From: Octopus sinensis
Lineage: Eukaryota
Direction: 5' to 3'
DNA: 64,000 nucleotides
Assembly: GCF_006345805.1 (NCBI RefSeq)
Contig: NC_043002.1
Location: 20,150,001 to 20,214,000 of the forward strand
In this document: positions 26,379 through 38,445 of the stretch, one piece after another
Numbering within the stretch: position 1 is the stretch's first letter
Layout of the letters: every line of letters begins with the position of its first letter
Position numbers and translations under genes: made by a program
Notes under the pieces: model-generated
The model's input: the letters and a program-made list of their open reading frames with translations, nothing else
Told to the model about the DNA's origin: nothing
Database searches by the model: none

Positions 26379-26639
26379 CAGTGCCAGGCAGTGGCTCTCA
26401 TGGCTTCTGATCTTAACTAATGATCTTAACTGAAATTCCACCAAAATCAATTTTGCCTTTCCTCCTTTCAGGGTCAATAAAATAAATGTCAGTCAAGTAC
26501 TGGGATCAATGTAATCAACTGGCCCCCTTCCATCAAAATTTCAGGCCTTGAGCTCATAGTGAAGGGATTTCAATTTTTTATTCACCTGTCTTGTGGTTTA
26601 TCTATGCCACATCTCAGCTCCATCCTGCAGCTTAGAGAC

Positions 26640-28180
26640 ACAACACTTTCCTCAACACCTGAGCTCTTCCAAGAATTGCTGCCATCTGAATACTTCCTAA
26701 GAAGTTTGGTATTTGCAGCTTTTGATGCCAGAATATTGCTCTCTTTGAGACAGTCCCAAGTGCAATGATCACAATAGATACCACACTCACATTTGAGGCT
26801 CAATGGATTCTTTACATTTGCATTCTTAAGTCTTGGTACTTCCAGACTTTCTCATCTTCTGTCTTCGCAATATTCTGGTCTGCAGGTTTAACTACACCGA
26901 TGAAGGTCCATTTGCAGCTTTTCGTCCGTGTACAATGGCATATCCCATGTGAGTTTCACCTGATCATTCTCTGCACTGGCAAAGGTTGGTGTTCATATCA
27001 CTTGTTGGAACATTCTAGCCCATACTCTCTACATAACTTCAAGTGTATTCACACTGCTACAAATCCAAACTAGCTTCATTTCTTGTAAGCTTACGCATGT
27101 CCTCAGCAGTCACAGCCTATGTTTCACTGCTGTGTAACATGGCAATTCACACACATGCATCATACAGTCTACCTTTCACTCTGAGAAGCCCTTTGTTACA
27201 ACAGAGGTAGGAGCTCTCTGAACTTTTCCCAGGTTATTCTTATTCTAGCAGCTACGCTCTCAGGACATCCACCCCCACTACTGACTTGGTCACCTAGGTA
27301 ATGGAAGTTATCAACTACTTCTAGTTTTTCCCCCAAGCATGTAACAGAAGCTGTTTTCGGCACATTTTCAATGTTTTTGCCTCTGTGCATCTACCACACA
27401 AAAACTATCTTCCCGGTTAGTTGTCCTTTGATATTGCTGCACCTCTTACACCGGGTACATCTAATAGAGTTTCTACCTACGCCTTTTCTACATATTGAGC
27501 AGGGCTGTCTACCTGAAGGTTTTCTGCCTTCCTACTTACTAAGAATTTGGTTTTTGCTAGATTGACTCTAAGGCTCTTCAATTCTAGACCTTGCTTCCAC
27601 ACCTGAAACTTCTCCTCTATTTCTGATAGTGACTCAGCTATAAGAGCAAGTCACCAGCATAGAGGAGCTCCCAGAGGCAGCCAGTCTTGAATTCTTCTGT
27701 TACTGCCTGGAGGACTTTGATGAATAAGAAGGGGCTGAGGACTGAATCTTGGTGGACCCCTGCAACTACCTGGAATTTTTCACTATACTCATTGCCAACC
27801 CTCAATTTACTGACAGCATCCCTGTACATGGCTTGTACAGCTCTCACTAACCACTCATCTATCCCTAGTTTCTGTATTGACCACCAGATAAGGAATTGGG
27901 GGAACCTGTCAAAGGTTTTCTCCATGTCAACGAAAGCCAAGTACAGAGGTTTATCTTTGGCTAGGTATTTCTCCTACAGCTGTCTTACCAGAAATATAGA
28001 ATCAGTAGTGCTTCTCCCTAGCACAAACCCAAACTGCATCTCATCAAAACTATCTTCCTATTTAGCTGGGCTATGACCCTCTCCGCAACTTTCGTCACCT
28101 GATCCAACAATTTGATACCTCTGTAATTATTCGTATCTAATGCATCATCTTTACCTTTGTAGCAATTGACTATGGTGCTA
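26640..28180 (-). mobile_element. RTE LINE reverse-transcriptase region, decayed
   Basis: NYRGIKLLDQV, AFVDMEK.FDR, QDSVLSPFLF, LLYAGDL (YADD-like), FHYLGDQV motifs with frameshifts. Confidence 0.9.
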
Positions 28181-29466
28181 TGAGGGGTGTCCATTAAAGA
28201 TTTCTCCTGACCCACTTACCAAGGACTGGGATAAACAAAACTTGGCATAGTTATTAGTCCTTCTCTACATAGCCACCACCAATGGTGACACTCCTATCAC
28301 TTTATGCTGTTGTGAAGACTTCAGCTGTAGAAGTCGGTAGGTTGCGTCAGGAGTCAAGATTTTACCTTGGAAATAAGTTCATCATCATCCAAAAAGCGCT
28401 TCCCATTCAAAAAACACTTCATGGATGGAGAGAGATGGAAGTCAGATTGTGTGAGGTCAGGAGAGTAAGGGGGATGAGGAAGGATTGCAGAGCTGCAGGA
28501 GTGTGCTTTCATCTGGGCAACATGCACATTGTGAACTGGGGTGTTGTCCTGGAGGAGGCAGACTCCTTTGGTCAGCATGCCATGCCTCTCTGATTTGATC
28601 CTGCAATTTCTGCAGCAGAAAAGCATAGTATGCCCCATCGATAGTGGTTCCCTTTGCCAGAAAATCAATCATCACTACTCAGAGCTGATCCCAAAAGACT
28701 GTGAGCACCACCTTACCTGCTGAGGATGAGACACAAGCCTTCTTTGGAAGTGATGAGTTATCATACTTTCATTGCTTTGACTGGACTTTAGTCTCAGGAT
28801 CAAAGTGATGAAACCCGTGTTTCATCCCGTGTGATAAGTCTGCCAAACAAGTCTTCCTCATTTTCTGCTACATTGCCAAAAGAGCCTGGAAGCAATTGAC
28901 TCCTTCATGCTTCTGAAAAGGTGTGAGCATCTGGGGAATCCACCGTGCACACAACTTCCACATGTGCAAATGGGCATGAATGATTTTTTCCATGGACCCT
29001 ACACATATCTTCATATTTTGGGCTAGTTGCTGAATAGTTATGCGGTGATACTCTAAAATGGCAGCTTCCACTTTATGGATTGTGTCATCATCAATGGCAG
29101 AGTGTGATCATCCAGGAAGAGGAGCAGTTTCCACCAATATCTCCGACCACATTTGAACTGGTGATGCCAGTGCTTGACTATGTCATATGATGGTGCATCA
29201 TCACCATAAACTTCTTTCATCTCATCAAAAATCTCTTTTGGTTTACATCCTTTCAAGTATAAGCACCTGATCACTGATCTGCATTCAATGGCCTACATTA
29301 TAACACATCAGTCCACTTCAGCAGCTGTAAAAGATGAATGAATATTAGAGGAAAGCTACAATTTACAATGTGACATGTAGGGACATGCATAATTACATCT
29401 GTACAAGTTCCATTTCCTGCAATAACCGGAAGTGGGTCAGGGGAAATCTTTAATGAACACCTCTCA
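28181..29466 (-). mobile_element. Full-length inactive mariner transposon (DD34D)
   Basis: ~38-bp imperfect TIRs at 28181-28218 and 29430-29466, TA at left end; transposase pieces HTH, WIPQML, QDN...YSPDLTQSD with 34-residue D-D spacing; 1286 bp. Confidence 0.9.
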
Positions 29467-29467
29467 T

Positions 29468-29505
<38 letters not shown>

Positions 29506-29574
29506 ATGTATGTGTGTGTGTGCACGTATGTATGTGTGTAGGTATGTATGAGTGTGTATTTATGTATATAAATA

Positions 29575-30585
29575 TACAGGGTGTTCGGACAACATCTCAC
29601 AATTTTTTATAACTATTTTTTCAGGAAGAGCTTGATGTGAACAATTGACAGTGTTTGGTGAACATAAAAATTAAAGTTGTAGTTGAGAAGCAGTTAGCTG
29701 ACATGGAAGACAGGAAACCATCTGAATATTAGAAAACAGTTAACCTGTAACATGGTGCTTCATGATGGATATCAAAATTTTAATATCAGGACTGCTGCTC
29801 AATTCTCTGTGAACACTGTAAATGCTGTGAGACATGAAATAGACAGCTGTAATGAAGACTACATAGTTATGGCAAGCAGGAAGGGATACAGCAAGCATCC
29901 TGACTGAATTCATTCAACAAATGCAGGACAAGTTAATGGAAAATCTGAGCAAGGGAATCTGAACTTTGGCAAGAGACATGGGTGTTGGAGTAACCACCTT
30001 GAAGATGGCCCTGAATGACGACCATCACTACCACTCATACAAGAGGTACAAGGGACAAATTCTGAGAGCCTAAGCTAAGGAGAATGGCTTAACGAAGGTC
30101 AAGAAGCTCCTGAACAAGCTGAGGCATCCTGCTGAGCTGAAGATGATCCAGTTCTTGTTAGATGAAAAGAACTTATGCTTAGACCAGTCGCTCAACACCC
30201 AGGTCAGCAGATGGCTTGCCTATAATCTATGCATCCATGCAATGTCACACTTATGAAAACCAAGTTCTCTCAGACTGTGATAGTCTTTGGGTGTATCTCC
30301 ATTGATGGTGATATCATGCTAACCCACATCTTTGAACAAGGCCTTAGGCTCGATTTGAACAAGGCCTTAGGCTATGTGAAGCTACCAGAGGCTGTGGTCA
30401 AACTCTGGCTGGAGAGGGTTGCTGATGGAGTGTCATATGTGTGGCAGCAAGATTCAACTCCTTGCTGTACTTCCAGAAAGAGTCAGAGGTGTTGTCAGAG
30501 AATTTCTGTAACTTCACCAGCCCCAATTTCTGGCCTCCTAATTCTCCTGATTGTAATCCCATGAGTTACAATGTCTTGCAAGTTA
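29575..30585 (+). mobile_element. Tc1/mariner maT-like (DD37D-type) transposon, 3'-truncated
   Basis: TATACAGGGTGTTC start; DEKN, VWQQDSTPC, and in shifted frame WPPNSPDCNPM; 37-residue spacing. Confidence 0.75.
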
Positions 30586-31129
30586 CTTGGTGGCCCTGCC
30601 AGTGCTGATGCCATGTAAAAAGCATCCCATCCACACTGTAAAGTGGTTGGCATTTGGAAGGGCATCCAGCTGTAAAACCATTGCCAAAAGTGACCTTGAA
30701 TGTGCTTGTGCCACGTACAAAGCATTCAGCCCACTCTGCTGGGTGGTTGGTGTTGAGAAGGGCTTCCAGCCATAAAAACCCTGCTAAAACAGACATAGAA
30801 GTCTGATGCTGGCTCCTGTCAAACTATCCAACCCATGTCAGCATTAAATCATGATGATGAGGCACAATTGAGAAAGACACCAACCACTCTGTCAGCAACA
30901 CCAGGGCCAAGCTGTTGGTAAGGATCAATGAGGTGTTCCCTAGTAAACAGTGAGAAATGCATGTGCCAGGTTCCAGAGCCATCTTGAGATCATGATTGAA
31001 GCTGAGGGCTATAATCTTGTTGATATTTTTTTGATTATTTAAAATACTTTTATTTTTGAATGAGATACTGAATTTTTTTTCCTCTTTTATGCAAACTGTC
31101 AAACTTAGCCTGAACTCTTCTGTTAATAT

Positions 31130-31169
<40 letters not shown>

Positions 31170-32320
31170 ACTTATATCCCTGCCAAACTGTCCAACACAA
31201 ACCAGCTTAGCTTTGAGCATGGACATTAAATGACAATTGGGGGATGGAGGTTATGGTGATGGTGATGATAATGATGATGACAATGACGACATACATGCGC
31301 ACGCATGAGTGTGTGCATGTGTGTGTGAATGTGTGTGTATGTATGTGTGTGTGTGTATATGTGTGTGTGTATGTGTGTGTGTGTATGTGTGTGTGTCTCT
31401 GTCTGCCTATCTGTCTGTCTATGTGTGTGTAAGAGAGTGCCAACTTCTCTTTTCACTCACTGCTCTCTCCACAATCCCCTATTACCCCTCCACTCCATGC
31501 CTCTCTTCCTCTACCTTTCTCTCCTCACAGCTTCTCTCTCATCTTAACACACTCTCATCTTAACACACTCTCATCTTCCCCTTGACACCTTCGTTCTCTT
31601 TACCTACAACATCCAGCTCTTCTCTCCACAGTCTCTTCAGCTCCTCGACATCCACAACACTTTCTCTATCTCATGCTCCTTTCCTTTCACATTTTCTACT
31701 CACATCCACCCTTATAACATGGGATAACATGGGATAACATGGGATAGCACAGGATAACCCCTACACTTCACACTCTATCACACTTACTGTTCTGTGCCTC
31801 TCTCTCTATTTCCCACTAATCCTTGACAATGTACCTCTTCCTCTTTTCCCCATCTCTTCTGCAGTATCCCACCAACTGTACCTGTTCTATTTTTTCCCCT
31901 CCACCACACTAACAATCGCGTACGACAGTAAATAGGTTCCTCTCATTGCACTGCAGTCTCACATCACCTCTCATAAAATCATCAACTCCTCTCTCAAATT
32001 CGTCTTTCAGCTCTGGATGTTCTCTAGTCTTGCCAGTTACAAGGTAACCTCATTTGGTACTGGGGGATGGGGTGAGGTGGGGCATATAAAACCTCCAGTA
32101 CACTTTATAAAGTGGTTGGTATTAGAAAAGGTGTACAGCTATAGAAACCATGCAAAAATTGAGTAAGTGAAGCATTACATGGTCCTCCAGATCATTGGAT
32201 CCTGTTACACTATCCAAAGTGGAAGGAAGATGTAAAATGATGATGATGATAATGATGATGATACATACATGCATATGTGTGTGTGGGGAGGGGAGTTGTA
32301 CATATGTGTGTGTATGTGTA

Positions 32321-32690
32321 TACTCTTTTACTCTTTTGCTTGTTTCAGTCATTTGACTGCGGCTATGCTGGAGCATCGCCTTTAATCGAGCAAATTGACC
32401 CTAGGACTTATTCTTTGTAAGCCTAGTACTTATTCCATCAGTCTCTTTTGCTGAACCGCTAAGTTACGGGGACGTAAGCACACCAGCATTGGTTGTCAAG
32501 CGATGTTGGGGGGACAAACACACACACATGTATATATATATATATACATATATACAATTGGCTTCTTTCAGTTTCCGTCTACCAAATCCACTCACTTTGG
32601 TTGGCCTGTGGCTATAGTAGAAGACACTTGCCCAACATGCCACGAAGTGGGACTGAACCTGGAACCATGTATGCCTTACCATACAGCCAC
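32321..32690 (-). mobile_element. SINE family 1 copy
   Basis: reverse complement of 13457-13863. Confidence 0.85.
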
Positions 32691-32922
32691 ATACATACAT
32701 ACATACATAAAGCTGAAGATCAGTGTAAAAGCGACTATTCTGTGCAAAACCAACTGGTAAGATCAGCTGTAATGGATCTAAAATACTGCATACTTCATGA
32801 ATAACCCTTTAGCACTCAGGTTATTCTGTCAAATGTAATTTCTATATATTCACATTGTTTTCAGTTAATCATTCATTATCTCATAGCTTCAAAATTTCAA
32901 TAATGTTTTACATTATTTGCAT

Positions 32923-33258
32923 TATTTACATTTGACAGATATTTGTCCTCATCTTGTTTGTTGCTAACACAACGCTTTGTATGATATACCCTCCAGCTTT
33001 CATCAGGTGTCTTGGGGAAATTTCGAACTTGGGCTCTCATTCCTAAGGTATTTTTCGATGTTATTATTATTATTATTATTGTTGTTGTTGTTGTTCAGGT
33101 CACTGCTTGGAATCGAACTCGGAATCTTGGGGTTAGTGGCCCGCACTCTTAACCACTATGCCATATGCCCGTGGGCATATGGTGTAGTGGCTAAGATTGC
33201 GGGCTACTAATCCCCAAGATTCCTAGTTCGATTCCAGCCTGTGACCTGAGTAATAATG

Positions 33259-33305
<47 letters not shown>

Positions 33306-33480
33306 TATAATAATAATAATAAAAATAATAACAACAACAACAACATCAAAAATACCGTAGGAATGAGAACCCAGGTTCGAAATTTTCCCAAGACACCAGA
33401 TGAAGGCTGGAGGGTATATCAGCCGAAACGATGTGTTAGCAACAACCAAGATGAGGACAAATATCCGTCAAATGTAAATA
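32923..33480. repeat. Head-to-head inverted pair of the tRNA-headed hammerhead element (palindrome)
   Basis: axis CCATATGCCC-GT-GGGCATATGG at 33161-33182; arms 32923-33170 and 33173-33480 are diverged reverse complements. Confidence 0.9.
33392..33437 (+). ncRNA. Degenerate minimal hammerhead motif (right arm)
   Basis: GACAC-CAGATGA-A-GGCTG(10 nt)CAGCC-GAAAC-GAT-GTGTT; two core substitutions versus inferred consensus. Confidence 0.5.
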
Positions 33481-33919
33481 AAGGAAACGATTCCTCATCT
33501 CTTAAATATAGAACTGTATTCAATAATGTTATTGTTTATTTTTAGAATGGTATTGTAGAGTAGGTGTGAGAGGCCTGATCCAGCTGGTTCAAACATAAAA
33601 TAAGTAAAGTATTTGGGCTTGGTATGGCCAGTTTAAATGCAAAAGAGACTGATAGAATAAGTACCAGGCTTAAAGAGAAGAGTTAAATTCTTCAAAGTGG
33701 TGCCCCAGCATGACCGCAATCTAATGACTGAAACAAATAAACGATAAAAGATAAAATAAAGGGTCAATATGTATCTGCATATATATGTACAAGTGTGTGT
33801 GTGTGTGTGTCCCCTTAAGTTTTGATTGACTCATCAATCTATTGACATGTTCCTCACTATTGATATGTCCTCCACTCTATTGTCTTAACTATCAATGCTC
33901 CTATATTTTATATTTGACT

Positions 33920-34256
33920 AGCACTATGACCTGGCGTATGTGTGCATGCGTGCACACATACACGTGCATACAGTCCAAATCTCCAACCAATCACAAACAG
34001 CTAGCTGGCATTCAATTGGCGTATCAAGTTTCGGACATTTTGATTGGGTTTTGGATAGAAAATTCACAAAAAAGTCACTTCTATTGATTTTTTAATGGCT
34101 TTGTGGGGTGACTGGGGAAATGTAAAGATGTGCATGACCAGCCTTGGACGATTTTAAATGACCATAGAAAGTGCGAGTCCTCTAAATGAAAAATTGTGGA
34201 TTTGTATAAAGGACACACACACAAATAGACATTTTGCCTTTTATATATAGAGAGAT
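33920..34256 (+). mobile_element. Possible Helitron/HINE-like non-autonomous element
   Basis: ends with ACACAC tract then TTTTATATATAGAGAGAT, reminiscent of HINE/Lep1-type 3' ends; single copy here. Confidence 0.25.
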
Positions 34257-35041
34257 TAACATATTGCTTGTTATTCTGAAGATGTACTTGTCAGACAAGT
34301 GATTTGGTTTGTGACTGTGTATTGAAATTAAAGCAATTACAGACTGGAAGACTCACAAGAATTGTTAACTTCACTAAAATGTTTATGATTTTGTGTCAAA
34401 CTTTTGTTGCACTTACTGCAACCTTGTTACCAACATAATTCCACTGTAACTATGCACTGTCGAACTATATTAGTAACCAAATTGCAGCTAGTGCAATGGA
34501 AATTGTAACTCCAAATAATAATGTTTAACCCTTTCATTACTGTATTTATTTTGAGATGCTCTGTGTTTCTCTCAATTACTTTAAATATAAGAAAGAATTT
34601 AGTAAAATAACTTCATTATCATTAAGCTAGTGTTAGGAACATAAATTGTGACTACGGTATGGTTGAAGATTTTAATTCAAAACTTATGAAAGCAAGACAT
34701 TTGTATTACAAAGCCAGAGCTAGTTTCAGCTGGGTTGATAATGAAAGGGTTAAATGAAGTTAACAATTTTCGTGTGTTTTTCAATGGCTTATATGTATCT
34801 TCCATATTGCTAGAAAATTATTTATACATTAATTCCTTTATCAACAATATGCAATGATATTATTCAACTTGTTTTTCAGGTTCAAATTCCCATCAGTTAT
34901 TATCTTGGACTTTGCACCAATCAGTGACATTTTCTACCTCTCAAGAATATAATAATTCTTGAGGTGATATTATCTTTTCTCTGGATTCTATTAACTTTTG
35001 TATGTATAATTTTGCTATAAGTAACAAAATAAACTGCAGCA

Positions 35042-35744
35042 ATGTCTAACCAAAATATTAGTAACACTGTGAAAAACAATAAACATTTACTACATGAGCA
35101 ATCCAGAAATTCCCTTCTGTCTCAGCAGGAAAACACAACCAAAAGTTTAAATGGAAAGATTCCAAATGCAAAGACAAAACACAATAGGAAATCTAATGAA
35201 AAACACACAGAGAAAAGCGATGTTGATAAAGCAGTAGAAACTACAGAAAATAACAAGAGTGACAATGTAATAAAAACTACTAAAAATAGCCATGCTAATA
35301 AAACTGTAAAATCTACTGAAAATAACGAAGGTGATAAAGTTATAAAAACTACAGAGAACAACCTGGCTGAAGTAAAAAACGATAAAATTAATAATTTGAA
35401 ATCTGGTACCACAGAAGAACCAAATGACCAGGAGAAGCAATTACCTTCTGGGACTTTATTATTGAACATCTCTGAAATTGATTCCTATAGCAAATCCAAG
35501 GAAGAAGAGGATCAAATGGTCCTTGTTTCTGAATCAGACTCTCGCAAACACAGCCTAGAATTGGCAAAGACAGAAGATTTGAAAGAGAGTGAACTTTATG
35601 ATATTGAAAGTGACAGCTCAAATAGTGATGAGGATCAAAACAAAGTTCAAGAGAGAACAGCCCTATTTCAATCCTGTATACCTTATTTGCCAATAGAAGT
35701 TGCCTCTGTCTGTCTTGCATTTAATATTCTCATACCAGGATTTG
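35042..35744 (+). CDS. STUM: stum/SPEC3-family membrane protein, coding exon 1 (long low-complexity N-terminus plus start of conserved domain)
   Basis: ATG with in-frame upstream TAA (35030-35032); ends ...SCIPYLPIEVASVCLAFNILIPGF(G)|GTAAGT, resembling stum '[25 protein letters not shown]'; probable upstream acceptor at 34877-34879 suggests a non-coding 5' exon. Confidence 0.88.
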
Positions 35745-35922
35745 GTAAGTAGCTTTTTGTTCTTTGTTTTTCTTCTATCATTTATTTTTTTTTATATTTT
35801 CTTCAAAACATACCTGTTTCAAAATGTATGACCTGATCACAAAAGGAAGCACAACTGAGAGCAAAATATTTACTATAATAATAATTATTGCAAATGTTTG
35901 AATTTCTAAACTTATCCTATCC

Positions 35923-35977
<55 letters not shown>

Positions 35978-37177
35978 TGCGTGTATGTGTGTGCATGTGT
36001 GTGCATGTGTGTGTGCCTGCATGTGCACATGCATGTGTGTGTGTGTGTGCATGCATGCAACCCACCCAAACCATTCAAGCATGGAAATATGGTTGTTAAT
36101 TGATTATATGAGTACTAGCATTTTTATACATGCATATATATATATATATATATACAGGCACAGTAGTATAGTTTTTATGAAGCATTGTGTGATACACACA
36201 CACACACACATATATGTGTGTTTTTTAGAAACTTTTTAAAAGCCAATACAAGGCAACTTATAAAAAAATTAATAATGCAGGTGAATGGTTTGTGTTGTTT
36301 CTTTGTATTTCAATATTTTCTTCGTGAATTTTCTGAAAAATGATCCTAAACCTGAAATATTGAAATACCAGGTAATAATACTAACCATCGACCAGTGCTA
36401 TACATTTATAACTTGCATTGTTTTGAATTAAAAAGAAATATTTAAAACACACACACACATGTGAGTGAGTGAACAAATGAGAGAAAGAGAAGTAGTCAGT
36501 ACATTTAGCAGGAGTTACAAACATTACTTAATGACAGTGTGACTCAGTTCCATGCAACGTAAAGTTCCATAGGTTTGTAGAATGAATCTATCTCATCAGG
36601 CATCAACAGAAGAGTAAAAAGATATGAGACAAACTCAAGATGGTGTCTACATTTCTACATGTTTGGCCTCTGTTCATCAACTCAGGTTATATGTTGTTAT
36701 TGGTCTGAAAGTGACTGTTAATTTTTATTTATTTCTTTATTGCCCACAGGAGGCTCAATATAGAGGAGACAAACAAGGACAGACAAAGGGACAAACAAGG
36801 ACAGACAAAGGGACAAACAAGGACAGACAAAGGAACAGACAAGGACAGACTGTACTGTTGTTTATCATGCAGCTTTGCAATAAGTTCCAAGTCGACAAAT
36901 TATATAATTGTTTTGATGAAAATTGTTCATTGCTTGAAAAATATTGTTCAAGTTTAATAAAATTTAATTTGTACTCAATGCATGAAATGTCATTGTTGGG
37001 CCCAAGGCCTAATGAAGAGCCTTTCACAGGAGCTAGCTTAAAATCCGCACCATCGGGCAGCTTTCAAGCTAGTATATATATATAAAGTTAATCCAAACAA
37101 GAAAACAAAAAGACAACAACGCGAGAATGTGGAACAAATAAAGTATTATTGGGCGCTCAGGAAAAAAGGGAAGGAGG

Positions 37178-37212
37178 GTATGACGTTTCGAGCGGAGCTC
37201 TTCGTCGGAAAC
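37178..37212 (-). ncRNA. Degenerate minimal hammerhead motif
   Basis: minus: GTTT-CCGACGA-A-GAGC(TCC)GCTC-GAAAC-GTC-ATAC; U4->C. Confidence 0.5.
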
Positions 37213-37529
37213 ATAGGAGAAAGAAAGATCCCGAGGTGGGAGGACAGAGGGAAAAAAAATGCAAGTGGTCTTCACGAGGTCACACATATATATATTTCTT
37301 TATTGCCCACAGGAGGTTAAACATAGAGGGGACAAACAAAGGGTTTAAGTCGATTACACCAACCCCAGTGCATAACAGGTACTTATTTAATCGAGTCCTG
37401 TATATCTGTATACTTATCTATCTATATATATCAATTTATCAATCTCTCTGTCTGCTTGCCAATCTATCTATCTATCTATCAATCTAACAATCCTCACTCC
37501 CTAAACAGGTGTTCCATGTGTATATATAA

Positions 37530-37567
<38 letters not shown>

Positions 37568-37747
37568 TAAATACATATACATATATATATACATATTTGT
37601 TGAAATGGAAAGATGAATTATCTTGTTACGGATTATTCAAAAGTTTAACCGATACCTGGGTAGCAAAAATCACAGCAGAAAAAACACGGTTGGAGTTATT
37701 ACCATAGGGTGTTACAACCGTGCGTTGGCGTGGATAATTGAAGTTTA

Positions 37748-38084
37748 ATATAATTAGTGAATGGAAGAAATGGAGCTGAACGAAGATTCTACAGAATTCC
37801 TTTTATTACATTCTACACTAGGAGCCCATGAAGTGGGTCAAACTCTGTGAGTTTGACCCACTTCATGGGCTCCTAGGGAGCGTTCTTGTTTGAGTTGCTT
37901 GCTGCACCTTTGTTTTGTTTGGACATCGTAATTCCTGGATTTTCCTGAAGAGAAAGCTGCAATATGGTATCCTTATTCAATCAGAATTTGGAAATTTGTG
38001 GCCTTTGAAACATGTGTAGAATGTAATAAAAGGAATTCTGTAGAATCTTCGTTCAGCTCCATTTCTTCCATTCACTAATTATAT
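37748..38084. mobile_element. 337-bp cassette with perfect 71-bp terminal inverted repeats, internal hairpin and hammerhead motif
   Basis: 37748-37818 is the exact reverse complement of 38014-38084; followed by (TA)n. Confidence 0.85.
37942..38021 (+). ncRNA. Type-I hammerhead ribozyme candidate
   Basis: TTC-CTGAAGA-GAAAG...CCTTT-GAAAC-ATGT-GTA-GAA; 3-bp stem I, imperfect stem II. Confidence 0.5.
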
Positions 38085-38099
38085 ATATATACATATATA

Positions 38100-38154
<55 letters not shown>

Positions 38155-38372
38155 ATATATATATATATATATTATATATATATATATATATATAATATAT
38201 ATGTATATATAAACAATAAATTAAATAGAGAGATGCAGTTGACAATCCAATAATTTATTTATATTGACATGACTCCAATCAATATCACACATAGATAGGA
38301 ACAGATAAACATGAAACTCATAGATCCAACTTCTCTGCTCTTTTTTTAAGTTCCTATTATTATATTTTTCTC

Positions 38373-38445
38373 TGCACTGATGAGTACTTTGATATTTGCA
38401 AATTGTAAAATGAATTTATATCTATGTATGAAACAATTGTATGCA
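38373..38445 (+). ncRNA. Type-I hammerhead ribozyme, near-intact
   Basis: TGCA-CTGATGA-GTAC...GTAT-GAAAC-AATT-GTA-TGCA; intact core, palindromic stem III ACAAUUGU, GUA triplet. Confidence 0.75.

Noticed and set aside
33173-33250. Possible genuine tRNA gene
   Set aside because: It has A/B boxes, but I could not form a complete cloverleaf, and it continues into repeat sequence present in three copies; treated as a SINE head.
36860-37080. Helitron 3' end (hairpin + CTAG)
   Set aside because: The hairpin is only 3-4 bp and no matching 5' end or second copy is visible.
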